The translations under genes and the position numbers were made by a program. A stretch of 64,000 nt of DNA from Gammaproteobacteria bacterium (GTDB taxonomy: Bacteria > Pseudomonadota > Gammaproteobacteria > Thiohalobacterales > Thiohalobacteraceae). The number at the start of each line of letters is the position of its first letter. Position 1 is the stretch's first letter. The notes under the pieces are model-generated. The model was not told the origin of the DNA. It did no database searches and saw only the letters and a list, made by a program, of their open reading frames with translations. The stretch is taken from NCBI GenBank assembly GCA_032907525.1, contig JAJJPM010000031.1:1478-65477 (forward strand), written 5' to 3'. Positions 58,494-64,000 of the stretch are shown piece by piece.

Positions 58494-58533
58494 CAGGCCA
58501 CAGCTTCGCAAGAACTGTGGCCTGTTTCGTTTT
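58494..58533 (+). terminator. Rho-independent terminator
   Basis: CAGGCCACAG-N11-CTGTGGCCTG perfect 10-bp stem followed by TTTCGTTTT, 164 nt after the GIDE stop. Confidence 0.8.
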
Positions 58534-58566
58534 GGCTCCCGTGGAGCCTTCAGGGGAGTATTGACA

Positions 58567-59472
58567 ATGTCCGTGCCGGCCGCCTTTCTGGGTGTGATCC
58601 TGATCTGGTCGACGACGCCGCTGGCGATCCAGTGGAGCAGCGAGGGTGCCGGCTTCCTGTTCGGCGTGGCCGCGCGCATGTGGCTGGGGGCCCTGATCTG
58701 CGTAATGTTCATGGCGCTGCTGCGCCTGCCGCTGCCGCGCCACCGTGCCGCGCTGCACACCTATCTGGCCGCCGGCCTCGGGATCTTCGGGGCGATGTCC
58801 TGCGTGTACTGGAGCGCGCAGTTCATCCCTTCGGGCCTGATCTCCGTGCTCTACGGATTGACGCCCATGGTGACGGGCGTCCTGGCCTCGCTGTGGCTGG
58901 GGGAACGCGCCTTCTCGCCGGCGCGGCTGCTCGGCATGCTGGCCGGGCTCGTCGGGCTGGCGGTGATCTTCGGTCGCGATGTCGGCCAGCAGCAGCTGGC
59001 GGTGGCGGGCATGCTCGGGGTGCTGGCTTCGGTGGTGCTGCATTCGCTGAGCAGCGTCTGGGTCAAGCGCATCGGCGCCGACGTGCCGGCTTTCGCCGTG
59101 ACCGGCGGCGGGCTGCTGGTGGCGGCACCCCTGTTTCTGATGAGCTGGCTGCTGTTCGACGGCCGGGCGCCGAGCGCGCTCACGCCGCGCGCCGCTTACG
59201 CCATCCTCTACCTCGGACTGGTAGGCTCGGTCGTCGGCTTCGTGCTGTTTTATTACGTGCTCAAACGCATGGCGGCCAGCCGCATCGCGCTCATCACGCT
59301 GGTGACACCGGTGCTGGCGCTGGGGCTTGGCCATGTGCTGAACGGCGAGGCACTGGAGGCTCAGGTGTGGCTGGGCGCGGCGCTGATCCTGGCGGGACTG
59401 GGAGTGCATCAGTGGGGCGACCGGCTGCTGCCGGGTGAGCGCCGGCCGCAGCCGGTCGCCGACGAGGTCTGA
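58567..59472 (+). CDS. DMT-superfamily (EamA-like) transporter
   Basis: About 10 hydrophobic helices. IWSTTPLAIQW and duplicated EamA-like halves. The ORF opens at TTG 58561; first ATG at 58567. Confidence 0.8.
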   Translation: MSVPAAFLGVILIWSTTPLAIQWSSEGAGFLFGVAARMWLGALICVMFMALLRLPLPRHRAALHTYLAAGLGIFGAMSCVYWSAQFIPSGLISVLYGLTPMVTGVLASLWLGERAFSPARLLGMLAGLVGLAVIFGRDVGQQQLAVAGMLGVLASVVLHSLSSVWVKRIGADVPAFAVTGGGLLVAAPLFLMSWLLFDGRAPSALTPRAAYAILYLGLVGSVVGFVLFYYVLKRMAASRIALITLVTPVLALGLGHVLNGEALEAQVWLGAALILAGLGVHQWGDRLLPGERRPQPVADEV

Positions 59473-59478
59473 CCGCGC

Positions 59479-60162
59479 TCAGTGTCGTCCAAGGCGCAGC
59501 CAGCGCCAGAGATTCAGAAGGCTGGCCAGCGTTCCGGCCACGTAGGTGAGGGCGGCGGCGCGCAGGATGCGGCGGGCGGCGGGCAGATCCTTGTCGGGGA
59601 GGTACTTTCCGGCCTGCAGCAGCGGCAGCGCCCGGCCGAAGCTCGCGTCCCACTCGACCGGCAGCGTGATCAGGTGGACCAGCGTCGCCGAGCCGAGACT
59701 CGCCAGACCGCCGGCGAGCATCAGCAGGCCGGCGCCCGGCATGCGGGTGACGGCCGCGATCAGCGGTGTCGCGACGATCAGGCCATTGCCCAGCCGTTGG
59801 GCGGACTGTGCGAAGCCCACCAGCCGGTGGCGCCAGCGCAACGGCCGGTAGCCGCTGGCGTCCTGCATGGCGTGACCGACCTCGTGGGCGGCGATGACGA
59901 CGGCGGTGAGCGAGCGGCCGTTGAAGTGCGCGTCGCTGAGGCGCACCGTCCGGGCGACGGGGTCGTAGTGGTCGCCCTGATCGGTGGTGCCGACGGCGAC
60001 TCCCTCGAGGCCCAGGCGGTCCAGCAGATGCCGCGCCAGTTCGCCCCCGCTGCCGGGGAAGTCCGCGCGCGGCGCATTGTGGCGGCGCATGACCGCCTGC
60101 ACCCACAGCTGCGGCCCGAACAGCGCTCCGACCAGCAGCAGCGCGAGGATCAGCCAGTGCAT
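59479..60162 (-). CDS. Putative neutral zinc metallopeptidase (Zn_peptidase_2 family)
   Basis: 227 aa. N-terminal TM helix, HYDPVARTVRLS, and the AAHEVGHAMQ zinc motif. Confidence 0.82.
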   Translation of the reverse strand: MHWLILALLLVGALFGPQLWVQAVMRRHNAPRADFPGSGGELARHLLDRLGLEGVAVGTTDQGDHYDPVARTVRLSDAHFNGRSLTAVVIAAHEVGHAMQDASGYRPLRWRHRLVGFAQSAQRLGNGLIVATPLIAAVTRMPGAGLLMLAGGLASLGSATLVHLITLPVEWDASFGRALPLLQAGKYLPDKDLPAARRILRAAALTYVAGTLASLLNLWRWLRLGRH

Positions 60163-60169
60163 CCGCCGT

Positions 60170-60937
60170 TCAGGCCGCGCCCGGGCCGTCCTCCGGACGC
60201 TTCGGCGTGCGCAGATGGACCGGTTCCGCCGGGCGCGGGCGCACGCGGATGTTGAGCATTTCCACGAACACCGAGAAGGCCATGGCGAAGTAGATGTAGC
60301 CTTTCGGGATGTGGAAATCCAGGCCGTCGGCCACCAGCGCCAGGCCGACCATGAGCAGGAAGCTCAACGCCAGGACCTTGAGCGTCGGGTGGGTGTCGAC
60401 GATGCGGCTGACGGTGCCCGCGAAAGCCATCATGAACAGAACGGCGATGACGATGGCCAGCGCCATGACCTCCAGGTGCCGGGCCATGCCGACGGCGGTG
60501 ATGACGGAGTCGAGCGAGAAGACGATGTCGATCACGGCGATCTGCACGATGACCATGGCGAAGCCCTGCGCCGTGGCCGAGCGTTTGTGCTCCTCCGGCC
60601 CCTCCAGGCTGCTGTGCAACTCCATGGTGCTCTTGGCGATCAGGAACAGGCCGCCGACGATCAGGACCAGGTCGCGCACCGAGATCTCCCAGGTCAGGAT
60701 GCCGAACAGCGGCGCCGTGAGCTTCGTCAGCCACAGCAGCGAGAACAGCAGCAGCAGGCGGGTGACCATGGCGAAGCCCAGCCCCAGCATGCGCGCCCGC
60801 GGCTGCTGGCGGGCCGGTAGTTTGCCGGTAAGGATGGAGATGAAGATGATGTTGTCGATACCCAGGACGATCTCCAGCAGCGTCAGGGTCAGCAGGGCTG
60901 CCCAGGCCTCGGGTTCCGCCAGCCATGCAAAGTCCAT
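60170..60937 (-). CDS. TerC-family integral membrane protein
   Basis: 255 aa. LEIVLGIDNIIFISI and a second FSLDSVITAVGM repeat are typical of TerC. Confidence 0.88.
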   Translation of the reverse strand: MDFAWLAEPEAWAALLTLTLLEIVLGIDNIIFISILTGKLPARQQPRARMLGLGFAMVTRLLLLFSLLWLTKLTAPLFGILTWEISVRDLVLIVGGLFLIAKSTMELHSSLEGPEEHKRSATAQGFAMVIVQIAVIDIVFSLDSVITAVGMARHLEVMALAIVIAVLFMMAFAGTVSRIVDTHPTLKVLALSFLLMVGLALVADGLDFHIPKGYIYFAMAFSVFVEMLNIRVRPRPAEPVHLRTPKRPEDGPGAA

Positions 60938-61079
60938 GTTCGGTCTCCATTCGGGGGTTCGGGGTACGCGCTGCGCCGGCAGGGGCCAGGGATGAAATCC
61001 GCGCCGGAAGCGTGGCGAATCCTAGGGCAGTTTTCAGTAAGATGAAAGCGATCCATCGGCGGGGCCGGGGGGTGCGGCC

Positions 61080-61649
61080 ATGAACTATTGCAGCCAGTGC
61101 GGCGGGAAGGTGGTGCTGCGGGTTCCCGACGGCGACAACCGGCCGCGCCACGTGTGCCTGTCCTGCAACACGGTTCATTATTCCAACCCGAAGATCGTCG
61201 CCGGCTGCATCCCCGTCTGGGACGACCGGATCCTGCTGTGCCGGCGGGCCATCGAACCACGCGCCGGACTGTGGACCCTGCCGGCCGGCTTCATGGAGAA
61301 CGGCGAGACGACGCCCGTCGCCGCCGCGCGCGAGACCTTCGAGGAGGCGCAGGCGCGCGTCGAGATCGAGGCGCTGTATTCGGTCTTCAATCTGCCGCAC
61401 ATCAATCAGGTATACCTGCTGTTCCGGGCGCGCCTGTGCGACCTGGATTTCGCGCCCGGCGCCGAAAGCCTCGAGGTGGCGCTGTTCAGCGAGGCCGAGA
61501 TCCCGTGGGATCTGCTGGCCTTCCCGGTCGTGCGGGAGACCCTGCGCATGTACTTCGCGGACCGCGCTCAGGGTGTGTTTCCGGTGCACGTCGGCGACAT
61601 CGAACGCCTGCCGGGCGAGGGGCGGAATTACCGCATCGGTTTTCTCTGA
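61080..61649 (+). CDS. NUDIX hydrolase with N-terminal zinc ribbon
   Basis: CSQCGGKV...CLSCNTVHY ribbon. Nudix box GFMENGETTPVAAARETFEEA. Confidence 0.85.
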   Translation: MNYCSQCGGKVVLRVPDGDNRPRHVCLSCNTVHYSNPKIVAGCIPVWDDRILLCRRAIEPRAGLWTLPAGFMENGETTPVAAARETFEEAQARVEIEALYSVFNLPHINQVYLLFRARLCDLDFAPGAESLEVALFSEAEIPWDLLAFPVVRETLRMYFADRAQGVFPVHVGDIERLPGEGRNYRIGFL

Positions 61650-61752
61650 ACGAGCTTACCGGGCGGCGCGCGTTCGCCGGGTTGCCGCAGCGGCAGGGGC
61701 TATACTTGAACTGGATTCGGGAATTTCGGGTTCAGGCGAGGAGGGTAGTGTC

Positions 61753-62223
61753 ATGGCCATGGCCGAAACGCTCACGCGATACCTGCAGAGTCAGGACATC
61801 CCCTACGATCTGCTGCACCATCCGCATACGGCGACCAGCCTGGAGGCGGCGCAGGCCGCGCACATCCCGGGCGACCAGGTCGCCAAGACGGTGGTCCTCG
61901 GCGATGACGACGGCTTCGTGGTGGCGGTGCTGCCGGCGACGCGGCGCATCGATCTCGGCGAATTGCACCGGCAGTTGAACCGTCGCCTGGGGCTGGTCAC
62001 CGAAGCCGAACTGACCCAGCTGTTCGGCGACTGCGAGGTCGGGGCGATTCCGCCCATCGGCACCGTCTACGGCCTCGAGACCATCGTCGACGACAGTCTG
62101 GCGGAGCAGAGCGAGGTGTATTTCGACGCGGGCGACCACGAACAGCTGGTGCACGTCTCGGGCGAGATGTTCGGCAGCATGCTCGGCGACGCCGAGCATG
62201 CGCATTTCAGTTATCACATCTGA
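61753..62223 (+). CDS. YbaK/EbsC/ProX-like aminoacyl-tRNA deacylase-fold protein
   Basis: In-frame ATG. Paralogous to the N-terminal domain of the 19413..20822 protein (shared LPATxxID, GxxPPxG, YGLxxxVDD). Confidence 0.75.
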   Translation: MAMAETLTRYLQSQDIPYDLLHHPHTATSLEAAQAAHIPGDQVAKTVVLGDDDGFVVAVLPATRRIDLGELHRQLNRRLGLVTEAELTQLFGDCEVGAIPPIGTVYGLETIVDDSLAEQSEVYFDAGDHEQLVHVSGEMFGSMLGDAEHAHFSYHI

Positions 62224-62253
62224 GCGCCCGCCGGGGGCCCGGCGGCACAGGGC

Positions 62254-62760
62254 CTAGACATGCAGCAGGTCGCTGCCCCAGCCGACGCCGCCGACGGCGG
62301 CGGCGGGGTGGTGCTGGTGCACGCGGTCCTCGATCTCGCGGACCCGCGCCGGTGCGACATCCACCGACAACAGCAGCTCACCGTGTCGCAAGGCGGCGGT
62401 GAACTCGTGCAGATGGGCGTTGGGGACGTGGGTGAAGCGCAGCCCCGCGCCGAAGGTCGCCGCCATCACTGCGAGCGGCAGCAGCAGCCAGGCCGTCAGG
62501 CCCTGCCAGGCCAGCAGGATCAGCGCGGCGAGGGCGGCGATGCCGAACAGGCCCAGGTTGGCGTTCCAGAGCAGGCGTTCGATGCGCGCGGCACGGTCGT
62601 GATCGTCGCGTTCGACACGCACCCCCAGGTCGGGCACGTCCTCCAGCCGGTGGGCGGTGATGGCCATGTGGCGACGGTCGACGCCGCCCTCTTCCAGGTC
62701 GGCGATGACGCGGGCGGTGCTCCGGGCATCAGGCAGGACGAAATAAAGTCTCCGTAACAT
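62254..62760 (-). CDS. Hypothetical membrane protein (168 aa)
   Basis: Internal ATG (MLRRLYFVLPD). Two central TM helices. No family recognised. Confidence 0.55.
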   Translation of the reverse strand: MLRRLYFVLPDARSTARVIADLEEGGVDRRHMAITAHRLEDVPDLGVRVERDDHDRAARIERLLWNANLGLFGIAALAALILLAWQGLTAWLLLPLAVMAATFGAGLRFTHVPNAHLHEFTAALRHGELLLSVDVAPARVREIEDRVHQHHPAAAVGGVGWGSDLLHV

Positions 62761-62856
62761 GGAACCTCCTTCCGGGACGCAGACTGTCCCGCTCATTCCA
62801 TGTATAGGTCACTGCTCCCCCGTCTCAAGGCGGTGAACCGTGGGGTTTTGGTCGCC

Positions 62857-64000
62857 TCAGCGGGTCAGGGGCGCGGGCGCCGGGCGACCGATGGCGAAAT
62901 AGCGTATGCCGAGATTCGCGAGCAGCGCCGGATCGTACAGGTTGCGGCCATCGAAGATCACCGGCTGCTTGAGCGTGTCACGGATCGCCTCGAAGTCCGG
63001 GCTGCGGAAGTTGCTCCACTCGGTGACCACCACCAGGGCATCGGCGCCCTGCAGGGTCTCGCCGACGGTGGTGCAGAGCCGGAGATCGGGGCGTTCCCCG
63101 TAAATGCGCCGGGTCTCGTCCATGGCGACGGGGTCGTGGGCCTGCACCCGGGCGCCGGCCGCCCACAGCGCCTCCATGAGCACACGGCTGGAGGCCTCGC
63201 GCATATCGTCGGTGTTGGGTTTGAAGGCGAGGCCCCAGAGGGCGAAGGTGCGGCCCTTCAGGTCCTTGCCGAACTCGGCCTGGATCTTTTCGAACAGGAC
63301 GCGCTTCTGCCGTGCATTGACGGCCTCGACGGCGCCCAGCAGCTCCGCCTCGTAGCCGACCTCCCGGGCGGTGCGCTCCAGCGCGCGGACATCCTTGGGA
63401 AAACAGGAGCCGCCATAGCCGGCGCCCGGATAGATGAAGTGGTAGCCGATGCGCGGATCGGAGCCGATGCCGACGCGCACCTTCTCGATGTCGGCGCCTA
63501 GGTGCTCGGCGATGCGCGACAGCTCGTTCATGAAGCTGATCTTGGTCGCGAGCATGGCGTTGGCGGCGTACTTGGTCAGTTCCGCCGAGCGCACGTCCAT
63601 GGCCAGAATGCGCTCGTGATTGCGGTTGAACGGGGCGTAGAGCGCGCGCAGGAGTTCGGTGGTGCGGGGGTTGTCGGTTCCCACGACGATGCGGTCCGGG
63701 CGCATGAAATCGTCGATGGCGGCGCCTTCCTTGAGGAATTCGGGGTTGGACACGACGTCGAACTCGACGCCCGCTCCGCGCGCGGCCAGGCTTTCGGCGA
63801 CGGCTGCGCGTACCCGGTCGGCCGTGCCCACGGGGACCGTCGATTTGTTGACGATGATCCGGTAGTCGCGCAGGTGTTCGCCGATGGTTCTGGCCACGGC
63901 CAGCACATGGCGGAGGTCGGCGGAGCCGTCCTCGTCGGGCGGCGTGCCCACGGCGATGAACTGGAACAGGCCGTGCGCCACGCCTTCGGACGGATCCAGC
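62857..64000 (-). CDS. ugd: UDP-glucose 6-dehydrogenase (5' end outside the window)
   Basis: [24 protein letters not shown] catalytic Cys and the C-terminal UDP-binding domain. The reading frame stays open to the window edge. Confidence 0.9.
   Translation of the reverse strand, partial: LDPSEGVAHGLFQFIAVGTPPDEDGSADLRHVLAVARTIGEHLRDYRIIVNKSTVPVGTADRVRAAVAESLAARGAGVEFDVVSNPEFLKEGAAIDDFMRPDRIVVGTDNPRTTELLRALYAPFNRNHERILAMDVRSAELTKYAANAMLATKISFMNELSRIAEHLGADIEKVRVGIGSDPRIGYHFIYPGAGYGGSCFPKDVRALERTAREVGYEAELLGAVEAVNARQKRVLFEKIQAEFGKDLKGRTFALWGLAFKPNTDDMREASSRVLMEALWAAGARVQAHDPVAMDETRRIYGERPDLRLCTTVGETLQGADALVVVTEWSNFRSPDFEAIRDTLKQPVIFDGRNLYDPALLANLGIRYFAIGRPAPAPLTR

Noticed and set aside
60938-61079. 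Possible yybP-ykoY (Mn2+) or PRE-type riboswitch in the leader of the TerC-family gene.
   Set aside because: I could not find the conserved GGGGAGUA / UUGACA-type cores of that motif in the 140-nt leader on the coding strand. A covariance-model scan would be needed to revisit this.
1-64000. CRISPR arrays, tandem repeat arrays, IS transposases, integrases, reverse transcriptases, restriction-modification or other canonical defence genes.
   Set aside because: I found none on either strand. The only repeat-type features are the hairpin elements and the G10 tract reported above.

Overview
High-GC (~65%) chromosomal segment. The gene content (DsrC, several rhodanese and persulfide-handling genes, PEP-CTERM cargo proteins) fits a sulfur-oxidising gammaproteobacterium. 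I call about 75 protein genes, one tRNA-Thr, three LexA operators, one candidate sigma-54 promoter, several intrinsic terminators and three small hairpin or repeat elements.

Most of the window is ordinary core genome:
- birA-coaX
- lexA-imuA-imuB and dnaE2
- selO, folE, purT, ispG, ygiQ
- a glycerol/glycerophosphodiester operon
- the mtnBDC methionine-salvage operon
- mug, lemA, terC, ugd

I see no CRISPR array, transposase, integrase, reverse transcriptase, restriction-modification module or recognisable defence island. I cannot point to a clear-cut novel multi-gene system.

The observations most worth a second look:
1. The SOS mutagenesis cassette is split by a 3.9-kb insert, and each half keeps its own LexA operator.
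2. A protein with two cNMP-binding domains fused to a catalytic rhodanese lies 45 nt downstream of a Blh/CstB-like persulfide-dioxygenase-type MBL gene.
3. A YbaK-like domain is fused to an HDOD domain, a free-standing paralog lies 41 kb away, and a G10 tract touches the fusion gene's start codon.
4. Two unrelated MITE-like long hairpin elements sit in divergent promoter regions.
5. Three PEP-CTERM cargo genes are dispersed through the window with no exosortase present.

Family assignments come from motif and pattern recognition by eye, not from database searches.
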